Shown piece after piece: positions 38,598-51,900 of a stretch of 64,000 nt of DNA. The stretch is taken from assembly GCF_030684315.1 (NCBI RefSeq), contig NC_081398.1, positions 6,428,385-6,492,384 on the forward strand. Direction: 5' to 3'. The DNA is from Stegostoma tigrinum. Its lineage: Eukaryota. Each line of letters opens with the position of its first letter. Positions within the stretch are counted from its first letter, which is position 1. The translations under genes and the position numbers were made by a program. Below the pieces are notes generated by a model that saw only the letters and a list, made by a program, of their open reading frames with translations, was not told the origin of the DNA and did no database searches.

Positions 38598-39910
38598 ATT
38601 AGAACATAACACACAGGAGCAGAGATAGGCCATTCAGCCCATTGGAACCTGTTCTGCATTCAGTGGCTGATTTCAACATCTTCAACTCCACTTTTCTGCC
38701 TTCCCCCCTCATTACCCTTCCTGATTCAAAATCTGTCTCTGCCTTGAATATGCTTAATGACCCAGCCTCTGCAGTAAAGAATTCCACAGGTTCACTCCGC
38801 TCAGAGAAAAGAAGTTCCTCCTCATCTTTGTCTTCAGTGGGTGACCCCTTACTCTGAGACGATGCCCCTCTGGTCCTGGACTCTCCCACAAGGGGAAATA
38901 ACCTCTCCACATCTCCCCTGTCCAGTCTCCCTGAGAATCATGTATGTTGCATCAAGGTTGCCTCTCATTCACCTAAACTCCAATGAATAAAGGGCCCAAC
39001 CCTTTCAAACACTCCTCATAAGTCAGTCTTTTCATACCCAGGATCAGCCGAATGAACCTTCTTTGAACTGTCTCCAATGCCAGTCTATCTTTCACAGAAT
39101 CCCTACAGTGTGGAAAGAAAACATTTGACTCATTCAATAATGCACTGACCCTCTGAAGATTATCCTGCCTACCCCCATAACCACACATTTAGTACGGCTA
39201 ACCCACGTAGCCTTCACGTCCCTGGACACTATGGGACAACTTAGCATGGCCAACCTACCCTAACCTGCATATTCTTGTGGGAGGAAACCAGAGCATCCGG
39301 AAGAAACTCACGCAGGCACGGGGAGAATATGCAAATTCTACACAGGCAGTCACCCGAGGATGGAATCGAACCCAGGACCCTGGTGCTGTCACACTAACCA
39401 CTGAGTCACCCATACCATCAAAACATCAGGTCAGGAGCATAACTCACTTTTATCTAAGGCTTCCAGATAAGATGGTATTCCCTTAGTGCTAACCACTGGA
39501 TCACTGTACCACCCCTTAGCCTTATCTAGAGAGTCCAAAATCATCCACAGTATTCCAGCTGTGACCTGTCTAGTGCCTTATATAATTTTAGAGAAACCTT
39601 CCCACCTATATACACAATTCCCTTTGGAATAAAGACCAACATTCCATTTGCCTTCTCTATTACTCATTGAATTTGAATGTTCATTTTTTTGTATTTCATG
39701 GATGAGGACTCACAAATCCCTCTGTTCAGGTAGATTTATGCAGTCTTTCTCCATTTAAATAATATTCAGCTCCTCAATTCTTCCTGCCAGAATGCACATT
39801 TTCCCACATTATTCTTCCATCTGCCAAGAATTTTGCACACTCACCACAACCCTCTGCACACTTTATGTCCTTCTCCCCACTTGTCTCGCCAACTATTTTT
39901 GTGTCATTCT
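38598..39910 (-). mobile_element. CR1 fragments with a nested V-SINE (~39097-39415)
   Basis: ALETVQRRFIRLILGM; reverse complement of the V-SINE core. Confidence 0.75.
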
Positions 39911-40011
39911 TGAGAAAAACAAATATGCAACTATTCCAACAGAATGTAATATCATTGCACAGTGCTTAAAAACACTGCTAAGCTCAATTTATTCACTCTT
40001 CCTCCAATCAG

Positions 40012-40310
40012 GAAGCCTGGTGTATGGTCTTCCCCCATACACTGCGTCATGGAGAAGCAACTGCTATGGTGATAAACACAGGATTTCTATCGACTCTGGC
40101 CCCGTTCCGTTGTCAATGATCCTGCTGAGACCTGGAGGAAATGCAGAGAAACACAGAGCGTTTATTGTGTCGAAGGAGGCCACTCTGCCCTTCTGCAAGA
40201 GTCGCTCCGCTCCCCCCACCTTATTCTCCATAATCCCGCAGATCCTGTTTGAGATAACAATCCAGTTCCCAGCACCCATTCCTCACTCACCTGAAGCGAT
40301 GAAGAAATGA
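40012..40310 (+). pseudogene. Putative terminal cytoplasmic exon
   Basis: ctcttcctccaatcag|GA (phase 1); open frame SLVYGLPPY...PPTLFSII...AMKK*; non-repetitive sequence. Confidence 0.4.
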
Positions 40311-41699
40311 TTACCGCCCAGCCCTAAGCTGTTGTCTTGAACCAATAGTGAAGAGACTTTGAAGTTTGTATACCAACCACTCTGTGCCTCATTCAAAAAA
40401 GAAAGAGTGGAAGAATCTGGTGAAATATAGCAAAAGAACAGAATGCCTTACGAAGAAAAAGAAACATCTCAACATGTGGACTGGTACTATTGAACTGTGT
40501 TTCCCATGTTTTGTTTGCTTCCTAATGGGATTTTGCTGTGTGAAATAATGGCTGACCAAGGAATAGACCAGAGGTCACATCATTCCATTTTCTGCATTTC
40601 TGACTGTGGGCTAAAATGGGGGAAGGGTCTATGGAAGTAATTGATGCTTTTTTTAAAAAAACAAGTTAGTGAAACTCATCATCTCTGTTTGGACCACTGC
40701 CCTCTTCAACAAGTGAGGGGAATGCATTTGTTGGTGACACTGGGTGGGCATGTACTGTATAATATGGCCAACAACAAGAAGCTGATGTTTTGTAATGTAA
40801 ATGTGACAAACCTTAGAAGGCAAAGATCATGAGCTTGACGAGCAGTCTCTGATTAGTTCTATTCCTGGGTAGCTTGTGGTTGTGAACAATATGGTGAGAA
40901 GCCTTTGGACTGTTATAAGGGCAGGCTGTGAATCTTTCTGTCCCTGCAGCAAAAATATCTGAGCAGCCTAAATAAAGCCAGTTATTTTCTCTCACCAATT
41001 GCTCTGAGCTTGAACCAGTAACTAAGTGACTTTATGGTTCGTGTAACAATTGTGCTGTGCCTCCTGTGAGAAAAAAACAGAACTGGAAAGATCTGGAGGA
41101 ACCCCACTTTCTTAGCCATCCCAATAAACTTGTTACAAATTAACAATCTGTGCATCTCCTCCTTATATTACTCAGTGACCCAGTATCCACCACACTCTGG
41201 GAGAGGGAACTCCACAGATTCACGAATTTTTGAGAGAAATAATTCCTCCCCACCTGCCACCCTTAACATAAAACTGTGACCACTCATTCTAGCATGCTCT
41301 GCATGGGGAAGCATCCTCTCCACAACAATTTTGTCAATCGTCCTTAGTATCTTATATAAGTGATGCAAAAATTCACGTACTCAATAATGAAGAGGATGGC
41401 TGCTGACTGCACAAAGGCATTAATGGTTTGGCTGAGTGGGTAGGAATGTGGCAAATGGGACTCAATGCAGAGAAGCACCAGATTATACATTTGAGAGCAA
41501 GGAAGGAGTCAGTCAATAAATCATACGATCTTGATTGCATGTTCACAGATACCTGGTGATGGCAGGATAGGTCAATGTGGTGGTAATGAAGGCAGAGGGA
41601 ATACGAACCTTCATTGGAGAGGTACTGAAGGCAGGATCAGGAAAGCAATGCTGGGCTACAGCTGATGTTTCCTGTATATTCCTGGTCGCACATTACAGA

Positions 41700-42510
41700 A
41701 GGGCAGGGGAGAGAGGGGGAGAGGGGGAGAGAGAGAGCATGCTTGGGGATGAGGGGAGAAAGAAAGAAAAAAAAAGAGAGGTAGAGAAAGAAAGAGAAAG
41801 AGGGGGAGAGCAGGAAAGAGGGCTCGAGAAAGAGAGGAAAAAAGAAACAGAGTGTGAGAGAGAGATAGAAAGGAGAGACAGAGACAAAAACAGCCTGACG
41901 GAGAGAGGAAACACAGAGAGCTAGAGAAAGAAAGAAAGTGAGAAAGAAAGAGAGAAAGAGAGATCATATGAGTGAGAGAAAGAGAGANNNNNNNNNNNNN
42001 NNNNNNNNNNNNNNNNNNNNNNNNNNNNNNNNNNNNNNNNNNNNNNNNNNNNNNNNNNNNNNNNNNNNNNNNNNNNNNNNNNNNNNNNNNNNNNNNNNNN
42101 NNNNNNNNNNNNNNNNNNNNNNNNNNNNNNNNNNNNGAGAGAAAAGAGAGAAAAGAGAGAAAAGAGNNNNNNNNNNNNNNNNNNNNNNNNNNNNNNNNNN
42201 NNNNNNNNNNNNNNNNNNNNNNNNNNNNNNNNNNNNNNNNNNNNNNNNNNNNNNNNNNNNNNNNNNNNNNNNNNNNNNNNNNNNNNNNNNNNNNNNNNNN
42301 NNNNNNNNNAAAGAGAGAAAAGAGAGAAAAGAGAGAAAAGTGNNNNNNNNNNNNNNNNNNNNNNNNNNNNNNNNNNNNNNNNNNNNNNNNNNNNNNNNNN
42401 NNNNNNNNNNNNNNNNNNNNNNNNNNNNNNNNNNNNNNNNNNNNNNNNNNNNNNNNNNNNNNNNNNNNNNNNNNNNNNNNNNNNNNNNNNGACAGGAAAG
42501 AAAGAGAGGG
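41700..42510. repeat. GA-rich/(GAGAAAA)n tract with three N gaps (41988-42136, 42166-42309, 42343-42490)
   Basis: Directly visible. Confidence 0.95.
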
Positions 42511-43954
42511 GGTGAAATGTCTTTAGGACAGATAGGTTCTTGACTACAAAGAACAAAAAACAATGAACAAAGAACAGTACAGCACAGGAACAGGCCCTTT
42601 GGCCCAGCATGCCTGTGCTGAGATATGACACCTTTCTAAATTAAAAACCTTGTGTGGTCCATGTCCCTCTATTCCTGCCTATTCATGTATCCTTCAAGAT
42701 GCCCATTAATCGTTGCTGTTACATCTACCTCCAGCACCTCCTCTGGCAGCACATTCTCGGGGCTTATCAGAGATAGTAAGAACTGCAGATGCTGGAGTCA
42801 GTCCAAACACAGCATGAAGCTGGAGGAACACGGCAGGCCAGGCAGCAGAGTCGCAGGAAAGTTGATGTTGCGAGTCGGGAAGACTTGTTTCTGAAGAACA
42901 GTCCTGGCCAGAAACGTCAACTGTGCTCCTCCAGATCCACACTGCATTATGCCAGGCACTTATCACCACCTTTGCGATAAACCTGCCTCTCACATCTCCT
43001 CTAAACTTTTCCCATTTACATTTAAATTATATACCCCAGGAATTGGACATTACTACCCTGGGCAAAAGATTCTGACTCTTCATTCAATCCTTACCTCTCA
43101 TAATTTAGTGAACTTCTGTCAGATTAATAAGGGTTACGGGGAGAAGGCAGGAGAATGGGGTCGGGAAACTTCAATCATGATCGAAAGGAGGAGCAGACTT
43201 TGATGGGTTGAATGGTCTAAGTCTGCTCCTATTTCTTATGGTCAAATGGGTATAGATGAATTGCCAGGATTTGAAATTTGCAGTTGTAGGACAGATCAGA
43301 TAGATGAGCTTAGCTTGCCTTTCAACAGAAGAGATGAGTTCATCAATGCGCATATAGCATGTACAGATAAGATCGCTTTCCCCTAGTGAAGAGGTGAATT
43401 ACAGGCAACACAGAACTAAATAGAAGGATAACACCAAGATGTGAGAAAAATCTCTTCTCGGAGGGTTGTCAGGATTTCACTGCCCACAGCAAAGCCGTCA
43501 ATGCACTGAAAAACAATCTGGATTGTTACAAAACCCATTGATCCCTTTAGCCCCAGGGTCTACATCCAATCCCTTCTTGAACACATTTAAGGATTCTTTT
43601 TTAAATCATTCATAGATGTGAGCTACTATGGCTGGACTAGCATTTATTTCCTATCACTAATTACCCAGAAATCAGTTAAAGTCAGTGACATTAGACCATA
43701 AGATAAAAGAACAGAATTAGGCCCATTCAAACTGTCATGTCTGCTCTGCCATTCGATCATGGCTGGTATGTTTCTCAACACCTCCCCCCACCACCCTTCT
43801 CCCCATAACTTTTGACCACCCCACCAGCCCCCACCTTTCTAATCAAGAACCTATGCATCTCTATCCGAAACACAGTCAATGGCTTGGCCTATGGGCCTGG
43901 AGTCACATATCGGCCACACCAGTTAAGTTTGGCAGTTTCCTTCCCTAAAGGACA

Positions 43955-46900
43955 TGAGAACACAAAACAGAACAGTGCAGCACAGCATAGGCCCTTCAGC
44001 CCATGATATTGTGCCGAGCATTTATCTGAATCCTAAGGTCTATCTAACAGCCACTCTACCTTAAACTATAATCCATATGCCTATTTAATAGCTGTTTAAA
44101 TGTCCCTAATGAGGCTGACTCCACTACCCACTCCGGCAATGCATTCCATGCCCCAACCACTCTCTGCGTAAAGAACCTACCTCTGATGTCTCCCCTATAT
44201 CTACCTCCTTTCACTTTAAAACTATGCCCCCGCATAATAGCTAACTCCACCCTAGGAAAAAGTCTCTGGCTGTTCACTATCTACACCTCTATCAATATAC
44301 CTCTCATCCTTCATCACTCTAAAGAGAAAAGTTCTAGCTTTCTCAATCTTTTCTCGTAAGACCTTCTCTCCATTTCAGGCAACATCCTGGTAAACCTCCT
44401 CTGCACCTTTTTCAACACTTCCACATCTTACCTGTAATGAGGCGACCAGAACTGGACACGATACTCCAAATGTGTATGAACTAGGGTTTTGTATAACTGG
44501 ACCATAACTTCACAGCTCTTGAACTCAGTCCCTCTATTAATGAAAGCTAACACACCATATGCCTTCTTAACAACTCTATCCACCTGGGTGGCAGCTTTCA
44601 GGGAACAGTGAACGTGAATCACAAGATCCCTCTGCCCCTCCACACTGCCAAGATTCTTTCTGTTAACCCTATATTTTGCTTTAAAGTTTGTCCTTCCAAA
44701 ATGCATCACCTCACACTTTTCAGGGTTAAACTCCATCTGCCACTTCTCAGCTCAGCTCTGCATCCTATCAAATATCCCTTTGTAGCCTAGAACAGTCCTC
44801 TGCACTATCTACAACTCGTCCCACCTTCGTATCATCCGCGAATTTACTAATCCACCTTTCCACTCCTTCATCCAAATCATTTACAAAAATCACAATTAGA
44901 AGAGGACCGAGAACAGATCTTTGTGGTACACCACTCATAACTGAGCACCATGTTGAATATTTTCCCTCCACTACCACCTCATGTCTTCTAAGGGTCAGAC
45001 AATTCTGAATCCAATCTGCCACATTTTGTCCTATCCCACGCCTCCTTACCTTCTGCACGAGCCTACAATGGGGAACCTTATCAAACGCCTTGCTTAAATC
45101 CATGTATACCACATCCACTGCTCTAATCCACTGCTCTACCCTCATCCACGTGTTTGATCACCTCTTCAAATAATTCAGTGAGGTTTGTGAGGTATGATCT
45201 ACCTCTCACAAATCCATGCTGACTATCACTAATCAAACTGTGCCTATCCAAGTGATCATAAATCCTATCTCTCAGAGCCCTTTCCAATAATTTGCCCACC
45301 ACTGACATAAGAGTAACTGGCTTGTAATTTCCAGGGTTATCCCTATTCCCTTTATTGAACAAGAGAATGATGTTTGCCTCTTTCCAATCTTCTGGCACTG
45401 TACCTGTGGACAGCGAGAATAAAAAGATCATCGCCAAAGGCCCTACAATCTCTTCCCTCGCTTCCTTTGACCCTTGCTTGAATCCTTGGATAAATCCCAT
45501 CAGGCCTGGGTGACTTATCTATTTTCAAGTTCTTCAAAATTCCTAGTACATTTTCTTTACTAACATCCACTTCCTCTAGCCTACCAGCCTGTTTCACACT
45601 ATCCTCCTCTACAGCTAGGTCCCTCTCAGTTATCAATACTGAAGAAAAGTATTCATTAAGGATCTCTCCTATTTCTTTAGACTCCATGCACAAATTCCCT
45701 TTACAATCCTTGATCGGCCCTATCCTTTCTCTGGTCATTCTCTTATCCCTCATGTACATGTAAAGAGCCTTGGAGTTTTCCTTGATCCTAACTGCCAAGG
45801 TTTTCTCATGCCCCCGTTTAGCTCTCCTAAGTCCTTTCTTCAGCTCCTTCCTGGATAACTTGTATCTCTCGAGCCTTTTCTGTCCCTTGTTTCCTAAGCC
45901 TTCCATAAGCCTCCTTCTTCCGCTTAACCAGTCGTTCGACCTTTCTGAAGAATCAAGCTTCCCTCACTCAACCACATCTTCCCTGCCTGCTAGGGACGAA
46001 CGTATCGCACACACACAGTATGCATTCCTTAAACAATCTCCACATTTCAATAGTGCTCTTCCCTGACAGCATCTGTTCCCAATTTATGTTACCCAGTTCT
46101 TGCCTAACAGAATTGTAATTCCCCTTCCCCCAATTATAAACCTTACCCTGCGGTATGTACCTAACCTTTTCCATGACTATTGTGAAAGTAACAGTTATGA
46201 TCGCTACCGCCAAAATGCTCTCTTACCAAAAGGTCTAACACTTGGCCCGGTTCATTGCCAAGCACCAAATCCAAAGTGGTCTCTTCTTGTGTTGGCCTAT
46301 CTCCATTCTGTGTCAGAAATCCTTCCTGGACAAAACCTGCTGGACAAAACCTGCTCCATCTAAACTATTACAACTAAAATGTTTCCAATCAATATTTGGA
46401 AAGTTGAAGTCACCCATAACTACAACCCTGTGACTTCTGCATCTTTCCAGTATTTGCCTCCCAATCCGGTCCCCTACTTCTCTGCAACTATTAAGCGGTT
46501 TGTAAAAAACCCCCAAAGTGACTTCTCCTTTCTTGTTCCTGACCTCAACCCAAACTGACTCTGTAGACATATTCTCGAACTGCCTTTCAGTAGCTGTTAT
46601 ACTAGCCCTGACTAGCAATGCCACTCCCCCGCCTCTTTTTCCACCACCGCGTCCCCCCGCCCACACCACCGTTTCTTTTAAAGCCTGGAACTTCCAACAA
46701 CCATTCCTCTCCCCGAGTTACCCAAGTTTCTGCAATGGCCACAACATCATTGTTCCAAGTACCAAGGCATGTTCTAAGTTCATCTGCCTTATTTCTGATA
46801 CTTCTAGCATTGAAGCATACACACCTCAAACCATCCCTGTGTACACAATTACGCACCAATGGCCATGTTCCTTTATCAAAAACTTCACTCCCTGTTGTGT

Positions 46901-47150
46901 CTGTTGGAAGGCTGAACACCTCATCCTCCAAATTACAAATCCGGTTCCCCAGCTCCTGCCAACCTAGTTTAAGTCATCGCGTACAGCTTGAGCAAACCTC
47001 CCTCCCAGGATATTTGTGCCCTTCCAATACAGGCGCAACCCATCTTTACTGTACAGGTCCGACCTGCCCCAGAATGTGCTCCAATTATGCACGTAATGGA
47101 AGCCCTCCCTCCTACACCAGCCCTGCAGCCACGCGTTTAGCCATACTCTC
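43955..47150 (-). mobile_element. CR1 LINE: end of ORF1 plus whole ORF2, degenerate
   Basis: APE motifs CFNARSIRNK, VAIAETW, VVMGDFN; RT motifs QHGFVRGR, YMDLSKAFDKV, GVPQRSVLGP, KFADDT. Confidence 0.95.
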
Positions 47151-47209
47151 TCCCTATTTCGCTTCTACAGTAAACCACATGGGGTTTTTTTTCTGACGAT
47201 GGTTTCCTT

Positions 47210-47820
47210 GAATCATAGAATCAAATAGCATGGAAACAGATCCTTTGTCGAACTTGCCCCTGCCAACCAGGGGTTGCCAAACTAAACCAGTCCCAGCTGC
47301 CTGAGCTTGGCCCATATCCCTCTAAACTTTTCCTATTCATGTACCTCTTCATATGTCTATTAAATGCTATAACTTACCTGCATCTACTACTTCCTCCAAC
47401 AGTTCACTCCATATCAGAGCCACCCTCTGTGCGAAAAAGTTGGCCCTCATGCCTCTTTTAAATCTTTCCCCTCTCACCTTAAACCTATGTCCGTCTGGTT
47501 TTGGACTTCTGCTAGCCTTGGGAAAAAAGACCTTGGCTAATCATCTTATCCGTACCCCTCTTGATTTTATAAACCTCTTTCAGGTCACGAGTCTACCTCC
47601 TGCGCTCCAGAAAAGAAAAGCCTCTCCTTATAAGTCAAACCCGCTGGTCTTGGCAACATCCTTGTAAATATTTTTCGCACCCTTTCAAGTTTAAAAAGAT
47701 CCTTCCTGTAGCAGGGCGACCAGAACTGTATGCAATACATTAAAAGTGGCCTCACCAACATTCTGTACAACCTCACCATGACATGCCAACTCCCGTACTC
47801 AATGCTCTGAATAATGAAGG
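47210..47820 (-). mobile_element. CR1 LINE 3' fragment
   Basis: RLYRMLVRPLLMYCIQFWSPCYRKD. Confidence 0.85.
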
Positions 47821-47931
47821 TCCTATCCTGTATACTTAGCCTGTAATCCTCTGGCTCTGGATTCCCCACAGACCCTGGGAATATCCTTCCTGCCTACTCC
47901 TATTAGAACACCTGACAAAGATAGGCCATTT

Positions 47932-48250
47932 GGGTGGCACGGTGGCTCAGTGGTTAGCACTGCAGCCTCTGAGCGCCAGGGACTCAGGTTCAATTCCAGC
48001 CTTGGGTAACTGCCTGCGTGGAGTTTGCACATTCTCCCCATGTCTGCATGGGTTTCTTCCGGGTGCTCCGATTTCCTCCCACAGTCCAAAGATGTGCAGG
48101 CTAGGTAGATTGGCCTTGCTAAATTGCCTGTCGTGTTCAGGGATGTGTGGGTTATCGGGGGATGGGTCTGGGTGGGATGCTCCAAGGGGCGGTGTGGACT
48201 TGTTGGGCCAAAGGGCCTGTTTCCACACTGTAGGTAATCTAATCTAATCA
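47932..48250 (+). mobile_element. V-SINE (HE1-like)
   Basis: gggtggcacggtggctcagtggttagc A box, ggttcaattcc B box, V core, (taatc)n tail. Confidence 0.9.
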
Positions 48251-48344
48251 TTTGGCCTCTTGATGACAAGGGGCAGCAAGTGCAAGGTAAGGAGGAAGAG
48301 TTAGTAAGAAATATTGGAGGGACTTATCATATAATCCCTGAAGA

Positions 48345-48662
48345 GTGGAATCAGGCCATTTTCCCCATCAAGTCCACACTAGCCATCCAAAGATTGTAGC
48401 ATCCAGACCCACACTCCAATCCTATCCCTGCATATCCCATGGCTAAGCCTCCTCACCTTCGCATCCCTGGATACTACAGGGCAATTTAGCATCCACCTAA
48501 GCTGCACATCTTTGTGGGAGCAGGCCAGAGTACGCGAAGGAAACCCGCGTAGACACAGGGAGAATGCACCAACTCCACACAGACAGTCGCCTCAGGCTGG
48601 AACTGAGCCTGGATCCATGGCACTGTGAGGCAGCACTGCTAACCACTGAGTCACCGTGCCAC
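48345..48662 (-). mobile_element. V-SINE (HE1-like), inverted relative to the 47932 copy
   Basis: Reverse complement of the same head and core. Confidence 0.85.
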
Positions 48663-48738
48663 TCATAAGTTTCAGACGTCTGGTCAGGAACACAACTCAC
48701 CTTTATCCACGGCTTTCAGATGAGAAGATGGTGCTCCG

Positions 48739-48963
48739 TTACCTTCTCATTTCCAACAATGCACACGGGCGGGTGAAAGACGGGTGGCTACGTAGATGTT
48801 GGTCGCACTCCAATGTTCCACTGGTGATTTGCGAGTAGACCTCCCCATCCTCGGTTGGGGTTTGAGACATTATCGATGCCATCCCCAGCGCTGTGATTGC
48901 ACTGTACAAAACAGTGTCAGACTCCCCCGCCTCATCGACCTGGTCCTGAGACACCTCAGTGAG
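48739..48963 (-). CDS. Terminal cytoplasmic exon with two tyrosine motifs
   Basis: ctttccag|CTC (phase 0): LTEVSQDQVDEAGESDTVLYSAITALGMASIMSQTPTEDGEVYSQITSG...MRR*. Confidence 0.7.
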   Translation of the reverse strand, partial: LTEVSQDQVDEAGESDTVLYSAITALGMASIMSQTPTEDGEVYSQITSGTLECDQHLRSHPSFTRPCALLEMRR

Positions 48964-51900
48964 CTGGAAAGGTCATGCAGATGTTAAACAGTCAGTTGCA
49001 CATCACTGTTTGACTGAGGAGTTCATTTTAACTCAGAGGCCGGTCAGCCCATTAATCCTGCCTTGCTATTCTACATCATGGTTCCTCAATGATCCACCAC
49101 TGATTAGACACAAGTCAGGAGTGTAAGAAAATAATCCCTGCTTTGCCTGGATGTGTACAACTCCACCAACACTCGAGGCTTAACACCATCCCGAACAAAG
49201 CAGCCCCCGCTTGACTCAGCACCACTTCCACAAACATCCTCTCCCTCCACCTCCGATGCTCAGTAGCAGCAGCGTACCATCTAAAGATGCACCGCAGAAA
49301 TTCACCAAAGATCCTCAGACAGCACCTTCCAAACCCACAACCACTTGAAGGATAAGGGCAGCAGATACATGGTAACACCACCCCCTGCACACTCTGCTCG
49401 CCATCCTGATTTGGAAATATAGCAGCTGTTCTTTTAGTATTATTGGGGCAAAATCCTGGAGATCCCTCCCTACAGCACATGGACATCAGCGATTCATCAA
49501 ACAGAAAGACCTAAAGGTTCAGTTACATAGTTTTTTTTGAAAGGTGCATCACATGTAGGCAGGATGGTTAAGAAGGCATTTTACATGCTTGCTTTCATTG
49601 CTCAGACCTTTGAGTATAGGAGTTGGGATGTGATATTGTACAGGATATTGGTGAGGCCTTTTCTGGAATACTGTGTCCAGTTCTGGTCATGCTGCCATAG
49701 GAGGATATCCTTCAGTCTGAGAGGGTTCAGAAAAGAATGCTGCCAGGACTGGAGGGTTTGAGTTATCTGGATAGCTGGGAGTTTTTCTTCACTAGAGTGT
49801 GGGAGCCTGAGCAGTGTCTTTATAGAGGTTTACACCGTCATGAGGGGTATAAATAAGGTGAGTGGCAAGGGTCTTTTCCCTCGGATGGAAGAGTTCAAAA
49901 CTAGGGAGCATCAAAATCTTGAAGGTGATAGGAAAAAGATTTATAAAGGACCTGAATGGAAACATTTTCACAGTGTGTGGTTCGTATGTGAAGTGAGCTG
50001 CCACAGGAAGTGGTGAAGGCAGGTCTGATTACAACATTTAAAAGACACTCAGATCGGTACATAGATAGGAAAGTTTGAGAGGGTTATGGGCCAAATGCAG
50101 CCAAGTTTAGTTTGGGAAACCTGGTCACCATGGACAAGTTGGACCGAAGGGTCTGTTTCTGAGGAAGGGTCACTCGAACCGACACATTAACTCCTAACTT
50201 CTCTCCATTGGTCCAGCCGGACCAGCTGACCTTTTCCAGGAATTTCTTTTTCTTGTTTCTGATGAACAGCAACCGCAGTCCTTTCGGTCTGTTTCCGGGC
50301 TGCATGTCCTTAAGATGGCTAAGCACCACCTTCTCCAGGGGCGGTTAGGGACAGTCAAAAGTACTGGGCCGGCCAACAACGCCCACATCCCATGAGTAAA
50401 CGGGGGCGAAAAAAATCCTCTATTATCTCTGAATCCTTTAACGTAATTGACTTCCAGAAGTCCAAGATAATAAAATGTGAGGCTGGATGAACACAGCAGG
50501 CCAAGCAGCATCTCAGGAGCACAAAAGCTGACGTTTCGGGCCTAGACCCTTCATCAGAGAGGGGGATGGGGAGAGGGAACTGGAATAAATAGGGAGAGAG
50601 GGGGAGGCGGACCGAAGATGGAGAGTGAAGAAGATAGGTGGAGAGAGTATAGGTGGGGAGGTAGGGAGGGGATAGGTCAGTCCAGGGAAGACGGACAGGT
50701 CAAGGAGGTGGGATGAGGTTAGTAGGTAGATGGGGGTGCGGCTTGGGGTGGGAGGAAGGGATGGGTGAGAGGAAGAACCGGTTAGGGAGGCAGAGACAGG
50801 TTGGACTGGTTTTGGGATGCAGTGGGTGGGGGGGAAGAGCTGGGCTGGTTGTGTGGTGCAGTGGGGGGAGGGGACGAACTGGGCTGGTTTAGGGATGCAG
50901 TGGGGGAAGGGGAGATTTTGAAACTGGTGAAGTCCACATTGATACCATTAGGCTGCATGGTTGCCAGGCGGAATATGAGTTGCTGTTCCTGCAACATTCA
51001 GGTGGCATCATTGTGGCAGTGCAGGAGGCCCATGATGGACATGTCATCTAGAGAGTGGGAGGTGGAGTGGAAATGGTTTGCGACTGGGAGGTGCAGTTGT
51101 TTGTTGCGAACTGAGCGGAGGTGTTCTGCAAAGCGGTCTCCAAGCCTCCGCTTGGTTTCCCCAATGTAGAGGAAGCCGCACCGGGTACAGTGGATGCAGT
51201 ATACCACATTGGCAGATGTGCAGGTGAACCTCTGCTTAATGTGGAATGTCATCTTGGGGCCTGGGATAGGGGTGAGGGAGGAGGTGTGGGGGCAAGGGTA
51301 GCACTTCCTGCGGTTGCAGGGGAAGGTGCCGGGTGTGGTGGGGTTGGAGGGCAGTGTGGAGCGAACAAGGGAGTCACGGAGAGAGTGGTCTCTCCGGAAA
51401 GCAGACAGGGGTGGGGATGGAAAAATGTCTTGGGTGGTGGGGTTGGATTGTAAATGGCGAAAGTGTCGGAGGATGATGCGTTGTATCCGGAGGTTGGTAG
51501 GGTGGTGTGTGAGAACGAGGGGGATCCTCTTAGGGCAGTTGTGGCGGGGGCGGGGTGTGAGGGAAGTGTTGCGGGAAATACGGGAGACGCGGTCAAGGGC
51601 GTTCTCGATCACTGTGGGGGGTAAGTTGCGGTCCTTAAAGAACTTGGACATCTGGGATGTGCGGGAGTGGAATGTCTTATCGTGGGAGCAGATGCGGCAG
51701 AGGCGGAGGAATTGGGAATTCCCAATTCCCAAGTCTCCCGTATTTCCCGCAACACTTCCCTCACACCCCGCCCCCGCCACAACTGCCCTAAGAGGATCCC
51801 CCTCGTTCTCACACACCACCCTACCAACCTCCGGATACAACACATCATCCTCCGACACTTTCGCCATTTACAATCCAACCCCACCACCCAAGACATTTTT

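Larger units (their letters stand above)
20234..40310 (+). pseudogene. V-set Ig receptor pseudogene (leader-V-TM-cytoplasmic; NKp30/CD28H-like architecture)
   Basis: Leader exon 20234-20288, V exon 25367-25870, TM exon ~28230-28371, putative tail exons 36641-36703 and 40012-40310. The V exon is disrupted. Confidence 0.75.

Noticed and set aside
41577-42631. E/R/K-rich and S/L/F-rich ORFs
   Set aside because: Translations of GA microsatellite and N gaps; the same applies to 18049-18420, 20221-21140 and 62498-63073.
50158-50200. Further hammerhead-like remnants (also ~26222-26254, ~42891-42922, ~54765-54795, ~1245-1275)
   Set aside because: Core boxes or stem II are mutated; unlikely to be active.
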